From Peptococcaceae bacterium UBA5356 (GTDB taxonomy: Bacteria > Bacillota > Peptococcia > DRI-13 > DTU073): a stretch of DNA of 64,000 nucleotides. The stretch lies in NCBI GenBank assembly GCA_002407935.1, contig DHPU01000008.1, forward strand, positions 9,430 to 73,429. The letters are read 5' to 3'. The notes under the pieces were generated by a model, which searched no databases, was not told the origin of the DNA, and saw nothing but the letters and a program-made list of their open reading frames with translations. Position 1 is the first letter of the stretch; each line of letters opens with the position of its first letter. The position numbers and the translations under genes are program-made. Of the stretch, positions 48,701-55,317 are shown one piece after another.

Positions 48701-51700
48701 ATCAAACAAGATAATCCTGACGGCAGTTCCAGCAGTACACAATATAACCCGAACGGAACGATAAACTCCACCACCGATGAGCGGGGTAAGACCACTTATT
48801 ACCGCCATGACGGACTGAACAGGAATACGGAAAAGTGGATTCCGGCCAGTTTTGACGGAGGCGTTACCCTTTACACTTATGTAAAGAACACCTACGATAA
48901 AGTGGGTAATTTAATGACCACGCAAACCGGGAAAGAGACCGTTCCCTTGTATCAAACGGCATCCGAGCTCATTACCGTGACGAATACATACTATGACGAT
49001 AATAAATTAAAGAGCCAAGCGGATAGTGCCGGCAGAAAAACTGAGTACCAATATGACGATGACGGCTATCTTAGCCGTAAAGAGGTCTACACTGATGCAA
49101 CTGCAAAAATCACTACGGAATATCTCAACAATCATCTGGGTAAACCCGTTGAAGAAAAGCTCCATGTTCAGGAAAAAGATTTGGCGGGCGATGACCCAAC
49201 CAGCGAACAAGAAGTAATCCTCACCACCACGTATACTTACGATCAAAACGGGAACTTGAAAACCTTAACCAGACCGGACACCATCGTAATTACGTATACC
49301 TATGATCATCTCGATAGGGTTCTTAGCACCAGTATGCCGGGCGTAGACGAGCACAACAACCCCGTCCAGATCACCACTGCCACCACCTACAACTGGGATG
49401 GGCAAGTCCTCACTGAAACTGATGCCAATAATCATACCATCAGGAATACATACGATCAGCGTGGTCGGCTAATCAAAACTACTGACACCTTGGAGAAAAC
49501 GGCTGCTTACTACTATGACCGCGGCGGTCGTCTAATCGCGGAAGTATCACCCAATAACTATGATCCGGCGAAAAACCTTACCCAAATGAGCCGGACAGAA
49601 TACACTTATGATCTTATGGATCGGGTGCAAACCAAAGGCTACACCTATCTTGAGCCGATGAGCGGGCAGTGGCGGAGCTATGTCGCCCAAGCCTTCCAGT
49701 ATGACACTAAGGGCAATATTACCAAACAGCTGGATGCGTTAGGCTTTGCGGCAGGGGCTGGTACTACCGCCCAAAAAATTGCCAGCGGCTATGGTACGGT
49801 CACTACTTACGACTTAGCAGATAGAGTGCTCACAATTCTGGATCCGGTAAGTCAGGAAAAAGGGCTGCCCTTTACTGTGAAGTATCAATATGACGGGGCC
49901 GGGCGCAAAACAAGCGAAACTAACGCCAAAAATATCGGCACTGCCTACACTTACGATGAGGCCGGGAACATTCTTTCCATTACGAAGGACAATCATTTAA
50001 TCCAAACCAACACTTATGACCTCACTGGCCATCTGCTGGCTCAAACCGACGCCAACGGCAACACTACGACCTTCGAATACAATGCCTTCGGGAAAGAAAG
50101 AAAAGCAAACTACCCCGGTGATGCGACAATTCCAGTCAATAGCACTACTTCCCAATACGACCGGCTGGGAAACCTGATGCAAGAAACGAACGCTGCCGGC
50201 TTTGTTGACCTGTACACCTACGATAACCAAGGGCGGGAAACATCTCAGACGCGGCGCAAAGCCGACGGCACGCAAAGTATTACCACCAGCGTGCGTTACG
50301 ACAAAGCAGGGAACCCGCGTTTCCTCACGGACGGGAATAGCAAAACCACAGAACAAAGCTATAATGACAACAATAAGCTTATTAGCAGTAAAATAACCGT
50401 TACCGATCTAAATGGCACGGCGCGAGAGCAAAGCACCACCTATACCTATGATGCGAACGGCAATCAGCTTACCCAAACAGACTGGCTGGGTAACACCTAC
50501 ACCAATATTTATGATCCTTTAAACCGGCTGATTGAAAAGAAAGATCCGCTGCACAAAAGCATCAGCAGACTGGAATACAACGAGAACAGCGTGCAAGTAA
50601 AAGCTTACGATGCCTTGGGCAAAGCAACCCAATACACGTATGACAAAAACAACCGGCTCCTTTCGACCATTGATCCCCTAAATCACAGCAAAAGCCAGAC
50701 CTACGATGAAACCGGGAAAATAAAGACCTCTACTGATGGCCGGGGAAATACGACGATCTACAACTACGATAATTTTGACCGTCTCAGCTCCGTAGTGAAT
50801 GCGTTAAACGAAACCACTGCCTATACTTACGACTTAAACGGCAACCTGTTAACCCAGACGGATGGCGAAGGGCGGGTCACCACCTTTGAATACAACGCCG
50901 CGAACAAAAGCACCAAAAAAATAGACCATGGAGGGAGAACCGGCACCCCGGGCAACTACACCTATGACCTCGCTAAGACGGAAAGCTATACCTATGACGC
51001 CTTGGGGAACCTTGTTACCAAAACAGACCGCAATGGCAAAACCACTACCTATACCTATGATATTCATGGTAAAATATTGACAGAGAATGTGGGAATCATC
51101 TCAACTGCCTATACCTATGACGGGAACGGGAATCAGTTGACCATGACCGATCAGACCGGCACTACAACCCGGACCTATGACGAACTTAACCGCACCAAAA
51201 CGAAAACTATTCCCGGGGCAGGAACCTTAACCTTCCTTTATGACATCACCGCCGGACTTCCTGCCGGGCAGGTCGCGGAACAGCAGACTGATGCCAAAGG
51301 CAACATTACGACCCAAATCTTCGACCAAGCGGGAAGAATGTGTCAAGTCACGGCTGATGGGCAGACGACCACTTACACCTATTATGATGACGGCAAAAAG
51401 CACCAGATTATTTATCCCTTCGGTTTCAGCGAAGAATATACCTATTATGACGATGGCATGCTGCATACGCTTGTCAATAAAAAAGCGGATCAGAGCATCA
51501 TTGACAGCTATACCTATACTTACGATGAAGCGCATAACCTTGTTACGAAGCTTGATGCCAAAGGAACCACAACCTATACCTATGACTACCTCAATCGGCT
51601 GGAAACCGTCACCGAACCGAACAAAACTACCACCTATACCTATGACAGAGCAGGCAACCGCATTAATCAATTGGAAGAAGCCGAAGGCGGGCAATTGCTG

Positions 51701-53371
51701 GATACTCCGGGAGCAGCCGTCAACACCTATGACGAATTAAACCGGCTGAAAACTGTGGTCAAAGATGGCACGACGATCACCAATACATACAATGGGGAAG
51801 GCTTCCGCGTAGCCAAAGAAGTAAATGGTGTAACCACCAACTACGTCTATGTCTCAGACCAAATCGTTCTTGAACTGGATGGCTCCGGTAACCAGACCGC
51901 CCGCAATGTCCAGGGAACGAACCTGATCTCCCGGACAGTAGATGGCGTAACTCTTTACTATATGTACAATGGGCACGGAGATGTTACCGCTCTCATTGAT
52001 TCCAGCGGGAATATTCACACCACATATTACTATGATGCTTTCGGTAATTTACTGGAATCTACGGGTAATGTCAATAATCCCTTTACCTATGCCGGATACC
52101 AGTATGACCAAGAGACAGGCTACTATTACCTGCAAGCACGGCACTATGACCCCATCACGGCTCGCTTTATTTCCGAGGATACTTACCGGGGTGATCCCAC
52201 GGATCCGCTCACGCTGAATCTGTATACGTACGGGATAAATAACCCAATAAGGTATATTGATCCTACCGGGCATTACATTGATGAAAGCAAATTAAGCAAC
52301 TTATCAAATGATAAGTATTATAAAGATGTAAAACTGACCTATGTTCCGGGGAAAGGCGATACTCTAACTGTAACCACAAAAGATGGTTTGAAAATAACTA
52401 TTACGGATAACCGTTCGGGTGTATATATTGATCCGACAGACCGAGTTCATGATTTATCCAGTCATGGCAATAAGAAGAAGAGCAGTCAGGTTAAATCTAA
52501 CGCGGGGAAAAATGATACAAAAGCCAATAGTCCAAAGCAAAAAACGATTCAGCCACCCAAACAAAATGCATCACCTCAAAACATGGCACCCGTACCAGTA
52601 GTAACACCTTCGACAGCAGGTGAGTTGTCAAAAAAGTTGGGATCGGGATATGATGCAGTTGGAATGGGTGGGTTCCGAGTACAAGAAGCAGGCCGTTATA
52701 CATTTTCACTTGATAAATACAGCAATATAGATGATCTTGTTGGTAAAGTGTATTGCGCTTGGAATGACACCCATCCAGATAAAAGAGTACCTATTCTCAA
52801 ATTACAAAATAGTGGTTTTTTTGGTACTGAGTTTTATACCAGATTAAGTTACCTACAAAAGATGGGAGTAGATATTTCACAACTAGATGTTCAGGAATTA
52901 GATAGGATATACGAGGCTGAGCATTATGCTAAAGTAGATATGATTGCAGGTGGTGTTGGTATTGCAGCGGGGATTGCAGCAAATACTGCAAGGATGGCTA
53001 CAGCGGCTAAGACAGTTACTAATGTTGCAGATGATGTTGTAGAGGGCGCGGGGAAGTGGACTAACAGAATTAAGGCTACCCAAGAAGTAATTCCGGGCAC
53101 AAATATTCCCAAATCTTTTGTTATGGAAGGAAAAGTGGTCAATGGTAAGGAAATATGGGTTCATGGTAACGCAACAAAACACATGGGTGAATTTGTAAAT
53201 TCAGCAAAGGGTTCCGTTTTGGTTGAGAATGAATTGATGGCTAGCTTTCAAAATACCGTATCGGAAATATTACCTAAAGTTAAGCCTGGACGTAATTTTT
53301 TCAACTTAAACGGATGGGAAATGGGAATAAGCGGTGATACCGGCGTAATTTATCACGCACTTTTTAAGTAG
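39734..53371 (+). CDS. Giant (~4,545 aa) secreted polymorphic toxin: signal peptide, I9-like propeptide, acidic linker, subtilase (S8), 36 Kelch repeats, RHS/YD-repeat cage, C-terminal toxin region
   Basis: ATG at 39734 after GAGGAGGAG; signal peptide ...GIAIPTDLAKA. S8 motifs VAVLDTGVD / HGTHIAG / GTSMAAAFVSG. 36 units of NGKIYAIGGYNG..YLNTVEEYDP.TNTWS.KASMPTAR. RHS N-plug (ITRTYNSRD...GLGWSF) and many YD repeats. RHS core end RHYDPITARFISEDT...NLYTYGINNPIRYIDPTGH. Confidence 0.93.
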   Translation: MRKSGFKKVISLVLLLTFSLGIAIPTDLAKATESGKTQEFVQQTKPVIEPSNLTNSNEKQSKEDAAAEDVNNNASTLSQEEINKIVDDHLRSQEKVDEFSEENKSENIEITEEEKTDRFIIKYKDSKQKEETAKKLKNNKIKKRIQTKNKQYDLLITTEKINKNDCKKYFQQEKDDSNIEYIQPDYEVTVAAVDLLEKNNEQPIGGPGEAPVEQPAVEPIDESEKGTIGESVDEDPLVEEPIDEETTNEAVEDQKEDAADELTEEPVKDSNTEENEPTDDAELDDALLTEQDEITEEIIEEITPVDDPNFAEQWALQPNEYTDKKNQVSAVGIDAVNAWENAEGKGVIVAVLDTGVDITHEDLSDNIWVNAAEIPGNGLDDDENGYIDDVNGWNFVNKSNLVHDPALVHDEWHGTHIAGIIAASKGNQKGIVGVAPKAKIMPLQVFQNGTAYTSDIISAIEYAQQMGAQIVNCSWGTTSENVALQEAIAEAGLLFVCAAGNSNQDIDLDPVYPASLSNSNVIAVAAIKKNGHLATFSNYGENSVDVAAPGSEIESTLPENNYGKSAGTSMAAAFVSGEAALIISRFPEASHAEVKARIMDSSDRLSSLNGKVKRASKINCANALEEPLNDNYGILKVLEEEISAEESIGSSEGGDFSLYSVDEWNTRASMSTPRRYLGVVELNGKIYAIGGYNGAYKNTVEEYDPATNTWSTKASMSYARYGLGVAAVNGKIYAIGGYNGGYKSYVEEYNPVTNTWSTKASMPTARGYLGVTAVNGKIYAIGGYNSNGNLNTVEIYDPINNQWSTKTSMAVARYGLGVVEINSKIYAIGGYNGSYLNAVEEYDPVTNTWNMKASMPTPRRLFGVTVANGKIYAIGGRNSSYQNIVEEYNPLVDTWGKRNNLSTAREGLGAVAVNGKIYAIGGYNGSYLATNEEYGLPLSSWSQLKSMATARTGLSAAAVNGKLYAIGGYNGSTYLNTVEEYDSANNSWTAKASMPTARGFSGVAAVNGKIYVVGGYTGSTYLNTLEMYDSVTNTWTTKASMPTARGYLAVSVVNGKIYAVGGYNGSAYLNTVEEYDLATDTWVVKTNMPTGRRNLGAAAANGKLYAVGGYNGSYLNTVEEYDPTDNVWRSKIGMSAGKEKLGIVSLFGKVYAIGGYNGTEYLNSLEEYDPLTNNWISKNKENMIQPRGSFGVASYNGNIYVLGGSGNNGYGAQLNTVEEYNLTADIANFKASMPTGRWDVGAIAVNGKIYAIGGTNGNTYLNNVEEYDPATDTWTSKANMPTARRSFGITQVNGKIYIIGGATGGTTFITTVEEYDPVTNSWSTKASMPTARYLLSAATVNGKIYAIGGSNGSSIFKTVEEYNPITNTWSTKTSMSIARMGLSTVAANGKIYAIGGWYNAPLNAVEEYNPVTNSWSTKACLPTARQELGAITANGKIYAVGGDSHGSLDIVEEYDLTTNTWAKEHSLLMERTRFGLADCSGKIYVLGGLSDNATASNLVEEYNLGATAWNTKANMGTARKDFGIVAANGKIYAVGGNNGGTCLNTVEEYNSITNTWAAKANLLTAREGLGAAAVNGKLYAIGGYNGSSYLNTIEEYDLSTNTWSAKANMPTARRYLGIAAVNGKIYAIGGYNGSYLNKVEEYDPLTNSWTTKASMPTARSMLTLVVAYGKLYAIGGYNGGYLNKVEEYDPATNIWSVKANMPSIRAGAGAAVVNHKIYVMGGTNGTNNYLDFNEEFDPINNLWAQKSTLPTTRGNLGVGSVNGKIYAIGGIRYETSNILLKTVEEYDPTYDSVSIESDKASSRKGLGVVATDSKLLAIGGYNENGYLNGVDIYREGRLWCTTQMTLSRKDLGTAYVNGKVYVIGGYDGTNYLNAVEIFQTNNYYNGTWTTGASMQTARAGLGVVAVNGRLYAIGGQNSNGYLNTVEEYDPYTDTWRMRASMATPRSEFGIAVHNGLIYVIGGRNEDILSSVEVYDPISNKWAVATNLPKGRYGLSAAELNGRIYAIGGHDGNNYLNIVEEYDPDTQKWVPKQGTIDPRAFFGAASFAGNIYLIGGCNEKEYLRTIEQYNVGDIIWESRAPLLSPRASLGVAAVNGRIYVIGGKNDYNYQFNEVEEYNPATNVWIDKAIMPTARAGLGVAEVNGKIYAIGGYAGTTQLNKVEMYDPATNTWSTKANMPTARSKIGVAAVNGKIYAIGGYNGSAEIGIVEVYDPATNSWNTRASMPTARSAFGITALNGKIYIAGGRLRGSLDTVEEYDPVTDNWSTKASLTSWKSGLSIAALNGKIYALGGDQLNVVEQYDPATDHWTTNTSMPMAKSDFGLVALNNYLFVIGGIAKSTCTDSVEVGKFGDEATSPVFELVHLGEENVNPSGNFSRSYTDMEIPAPGFDIDITRTYNSRDYRNDSPLGLGWSFGFQGSLKDSDDNQWMARMPNGSAMTFTKNADSSYTANDLRATLVKQADNTHILTTQDQYTYGFDTNGWLKWMKDRNGNIINLMVNAANGKVTAITDQVGRQINLTYNAQGYIQTITDPLNRTVYYEYTNNQLTKVTDPRGKNMYYSYNSLGYLETIKDHDNNILESVVYDAISGTLPKVARVTDIYGNTQTYMYDTEYRKVTVTDLNGRETITWFDNSLYPIQVQDADGRRSTTIYTLDENGGNKYGEVESITDRNGNRTVYERDSRGNITHIYHPDSSCQEFGYDDKNNKIREKDQDGKYTFYIYDGTKARLLKKAQPLNGTDQYTAGCNETPFAVTTYTYYTDAEAQQMGCQAKGLLKSETNPNGKLTTYTYDTYGNIRTVTNPEGKTITYQYNNIGWKTAEISPKQNTTSINYDQNGNIEEVTLAGGEVTRTTYDTMGRVTKEVAANLYDPALDNLAGHTYNGNHGTRYTYYPSGKIRTVTDPENNVTSYTYDLYGNIATETKPNGAIYEYGYDALDRLTSTQFKENTGAALVVLNTYSYQILPDGKTTKTETRYLNDSETAETIYTYDYEDRLIKQDNPDGSSSSTQYNPNGTINSTTDERGKTTYYRHDGLNRNTEKWIPASFDGGVTLYTYVKNTYDKVGNLMTTQTGKETVPLYQTASELITVTNTYYDDNKLKSQADSAGRKTEYQYDDDGYLSRKEVYTDATAKITTEYLNNHLGKPVEEKLHVQEKDLAGDDPTSEQEVILTTTYTYDQNGNLKTLTRPDTIVITYTYDHLDRVLSTSMPGVDEHNNPVQITTATTYNWDGQVLTETDANNHTIRNTYDQRGRLIKTTDTLEKTAAYYYDRGGRLIAEVSPNNYDPAKNLTQMSRTEYTYDLMDRVQTKGYTYLEPMSGQWRSYVAQAFQYDTKGNITKQLDALGFAAGAGTTAQKIASGYGTVTTYDLADRVLTILDPVSQEKGLPFTVKYQYDGAGRKTSETNAKNIGTAYTYDEAGNILSITKDNHLIQTNTYDLTGHLLAQTDANGNTTTFEYNAFGKERKANYPGDATIPVNSTTSQYDRLGNLMQETNAAGFVDLYTYDNQGRETSQTRRKADGTQSITTSVRYDKAGNPRFLTDGNSKTTEQSYNDNNKLISSKITVTDLNGTAREQSTTYTYDANGNQLTQTDWLGNTYTNIYDPLNRLIEKKDPLHKSISRLEYNENSVQVKAYDALGKATQYTYDKNNRLLSTIDPLNHSKSQTYDETGKIKTSTDGRGNTTIYNYDNFDRLSSVVNALNETTAYTYDLNGNLLTQTDGEGRVTTFEYNAANKSTKKIDHGGRTGTPGNYTYDLAKTESYTYDALGNLVTKTDRNGKTTTYTYDIHGKILTENVGIISTAYTYDGNGNQLTMTDQTGTTTRTYDELNRTKTKTIPGAGTLTFLYDITAGLPAGQVAEQQTDAKGNITTQIFDQAGRMCQVTADGQTTTYTYYDDGKKHQIIYPFGFSEEYTYYDDGMLHTLVNKKADQSIIDSYTYTYDEAHNLVTKLDAKGTTTYTYDYLNRLETVTEPNKTTTYTYDRAGNRINQLEEAEGGQLLDTPGAAVNTYDELNRLKTVVKDGTTITNTYNGEGFRVAKEVNGVTTNYVYVSDQIVLELDGSGNQTARNVQGTNLISRTVDGVTLYYMYNGHGDVTALIDSSGNIHTTYYYDAFGNLLESTGNVNNPFTYAGYQYDQETGYYYLQARHYDPITARFISEDTYRGDPTDPLTLNLYTYGINNPIRYIDPTGHYIDESKLSNLSNDKYYKDVKLTYVPGKGDTLTVTTKDGLKITITDNRSGVYIDPTDRVHDLSSHGNKKKSSQVKSNAGKNDTKANSPKQKTIQPPKQNASPQNMAPVPVVTPSTAGELSKKLGSGYDAVGMGGFRVQEAGRYTFSLDKYSNIDDLVGKVYCAWNDTHPDKRVPILKLQNSGFFGTEFYTRLSYLQKMGVDISQLDVQELDRIYEAEHYAKVDMIAGGVGIAAGIAANTARMATAAKTVTNVADDVVEGAGKWTNRIKATQEVIPGTNIPKSFVMEGKVVNGKEIWVHGNATKHMGEFVNSAKGSVLVENELMASFQNTVSEILPKVKPGRNFFNLNGWEMGISGDTGVIYHALFK
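40661..41615 (+). other. Subtilase (peptidase S8) catalytic domain of the giant protein
   Basis: Asp codon at 40790-40792, His at 40970-40972 (HGTH) and Ser at 41438-41440 (GTSMA). Closely paralogous to the S8 domain of the upstream gene. Confidence 0.85.
41717..46775 (+). repeat. Array of 36 Kelch-type beta-propeller blades (coding, ~47 aa each)
   Basis: 36 occurrences of the [KR][IL]Y[AV][IV]GG core counted by hand. Every sixth unit (6, 12, 18, 24, 30, 36) has an atypical linker. Confidence 0.85.
46792..52272 (+). repeat. RHS/YD-repeat shell region ending at the RHS-core autoproteolysis motif
   Basis: Dozens of YxYDxxGNL/R-type repeats. Ends with the conserved YDPxxxRFxxxDP ... NLYxYxxNNPxxYxDPxGH motif at ~52258-52272. 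Confidence 0.9.
49988..51034 (+). repeat. Direct repeat copy A (~1,047 bp) inside the giant gene; copy B is at 54190-55236
   Basis: See the orphan fragment: near-identical DNA, same orientation, 4,202 nt apart. Confidence 0.9.
52273..53371 (+). other. Variable C-terminal region (365 aa): putative toxin cargo, unclassified
   Basis: Begins immediately after DPTGH. Contains a small beta-rich segment, a K/S/P/Q-rich linker, an unknown ~120-aa domain, a Gly/Ala-rich hydrophobic helix (MIAGGVGIAAGIAANTARMATAA) and a terminal ~105-aa domain (…WVHGNATKHM…GVIYHALFK). Lower GC than the RHS shell. Confidence 0.6.
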
Positions 53372-53383
53372 GAGGATACAAGT

Positions 53384-53905
53384 GTGCTATTAAAAAATAA
53401 AATTGAACACGGTGAAACTATTGCACAAGTTGAATTTGAAAAAGTAGCTGACGATTTACTGATGATTTCTATTGACAATGACATCAACGACTCATCTAGG
53501 GTGTTTAGCTATTGGAGATTATTAGGTACAGGTGAGAATCCACCTCTGGAAATTGGTATAAATACTAAGAAAAAGACTATAAAAAATATAACTTTTTTTG
53601 TGGATTCCGATTGTTTCAAAGACTTGACTTTTCAAGAACTAAATGTTCTTAAAGGTAGCATCATCGTTGACACGAAGATTTTTAGGAAAGAAAACGATTA
53701 TGTGGACTTAACAGGAGAATATGTTGTATCTGTATTAGATAATAGGCTCATTTGTATTTTCGACTCACATAGCCATATTAAAGAAATTATTGGGAATAAC
53801 AACATCAAGTTCTTTGTGAATAGCAATAATGAATTATACGGATTTGCTATTTATCATTTACAAGAACAAGAAATAAAAGAAATAATGTCCATAAGGAAAA
53901 TCTAA
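53384..53905 (+). CDS. Putative cognate immunity protein (family not recognised)
   Basis: 173-aa ORF 12 nt after the toxin stop. RBS AGGAGGA overlaps the toxin stop codon; GTG start. Very AT-rich, with no signal peptide or TM helix. The position is canonical for Rhs immunity genes. Confidence 0.6.
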   Translation: MLLKNKIEHGETIAQVEFEKVADDLLMISIDNDINDSSRVFSYWRLLGTGENPPLEIGINTKKKTIKNITFFVDSDCFKDLTFQELNVLKGSIIVDTKIFRKENDYVDLTGEYVVSVLDNRLICIFDSHSHIKEIIGNNNIKFFVNSNNELYGFAIYHLQEQEIKEIMSIRKI

Positions 53906-54078
53906 ATTTCTAGACCGGAAAATGAGGTTACCTGTAAATGTAAGAGGTGTACCTTTGCAGATGCCTTAAAATCTTTAACGATGGATACTTTACAGCAATC
54001 ACAGACACCTCAAAGATGTACCTCGCTCAATTAACAACCACTTGAGAAAAAGTAGAGGTTGATTCATAAAAGTCTGGT

Positions 54079-54135
54079 GCGGTCGGCATTGCCGACCGCT
54101 GTGAACTGGCGGGTGCGCCCGAAGGTGCACCCGCC
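54079..54135 (+). other. Pair of adjacent GC-rich perfect hairpins (possible terminator / junction element)
   Basis: gcggtcggc-att-gccgaccgc (54079-54099) and ggcgggtgc-N10-gcacccgcc (54108-54135), followed by ttt. GC-rich within an AT-rich spacer. Confidence 0.5.
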
Positions 54136-54183
54136 TTTAACCTGCTGCATGGTTTATCTACCACGAAGAAATGACTAATACGT

Positions 54184-55275
54184 ATGACGGATAATCAATT
54201 AATCCAAACTAACACCTATGACCTCACCGGTCATCTGCTGACTCAGACTGATGCCAACGGTAACACCACGACCTTCGAACACAATGCCTTCGGGAAAGAA
54301 AGAAAAGTAACCTACCCCGGTGATGTGACAATTCCAGTCAATAGCCGTACTTCCCAATACGACCGGATGGGAAACCTGATGCAAGAAACAAACGCTGCCG
54401 GCTTTGTTGACCTGTACACCTACGACAACCAAGGGCGGGAAACCTCTCAGACACGGCGCAAAGCCGACGGTACGCAAAGTATTACCACCAGCGTCCGTTA
54501 CGACAAAGCAGGGAACCCGCGTTTCCTCACGGACGGGAATAGCAACACCGCAGAACAAAGCTATAATGACAACAATAAGCTTATTAGCAGTAAAATAACC
54601 GTTACCGATCTAAACGGAACTGCGCGAGAGCAAAGCACCACCTATACCTATGATGCGAACGGTAATCAGCTTACCCAAACAGATTGGCTGGGTAACACCT
54701 ACACCAATATTTATGATCCTTTAAACCGGTTGATTGAAAAGAAAGATCCGCTGCACAAAAGCATCAGTAGACTGGAATACAACGAGAACAGCGTGCAAGT
54801 AAAAGCTTACGATGCCTTGGGCAAAGCAACTCAATACACGTATGACAAAAACAACCGGCTCCTTTCGACTATTGATCCCCTAAATCACAGCAAAAGCCAG
54901 ACCTACGATGAAACCGGGAAAATAAAGACCTCCGTCGATGGCCGGGGAAATACGACTATCTACAACTACGATAATTTTGACCGTCTCATCTCCGTAGTGA
55001 ATGCGTTAAACGAAACCACTGCCTACACGTACGACTTAAACGGCAACCTGCTAACCCAGACGGATGGCGAAGGGCGGGTCACCACCTTTGAATACAACGC
55101 CGCGAACAAAAGCATCAAAAAAATAGACCATGGAGGGAGAACCGGTACCCCGGGCAACTACACCTATGACCCCGCCAAGACGGAAAGCTATACTTATGAT
55201 GCCTTGGGGAACCTTGTTACCAAAACAGACCGCAATAAGTATATTCTGCTGATAGATTTTACATCCGTTTTATGA
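54184..55275 (+). pseudogene. Orphan RHS-repeat fragment: duplicate of an internal segment of the giant gene, lacking N-terminus, RHS core end and toxin
   Basis: Colinear with 49988-51034 at a constant offset of 4,202 nt and no indels; 14 aa differences in ~349 aligned residues by hand count. Homology ends at ...TKTDRN, after which the ORF reads KYILLIDFTSVL-stop. Confidence 0.85.
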
Positions 55276-55317
55276 TAAAATAAAAGCATGCAGAGAGTAG
55301 CTGGAGAGAGTAATATA

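Noticed and set aside
49997-50396. ORFs 49997-50356(-) and 50202-50396(+), duplicated almost exactly as 54199-54558(-) and 54404-54598(+)
   Set aside because: Their conservation is a by-product of the 1,047-bp RHS duplication. They overlap the strongly supported sense RHS frame and have Arg/Gly/Pro-rich translations typical of off-frame reads.
51227-51740. 155-aa minus-strand and 166-aa plus-strand alternative-frame ORFs inside the RHS region
   Set aside because: They are fully embedded in the YD-repeat coding frame and have no RBS or motifs.
53906-54078. Short ORFs (15-17 aa) and the repeated gtacct motif in the spacer after the immunity gene, as a possible second immunity or leader peptide
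   Set aside because: The ORFs lack an RBS and are too short to evaluate. The 6-nt motif repeat is compatible with chance.
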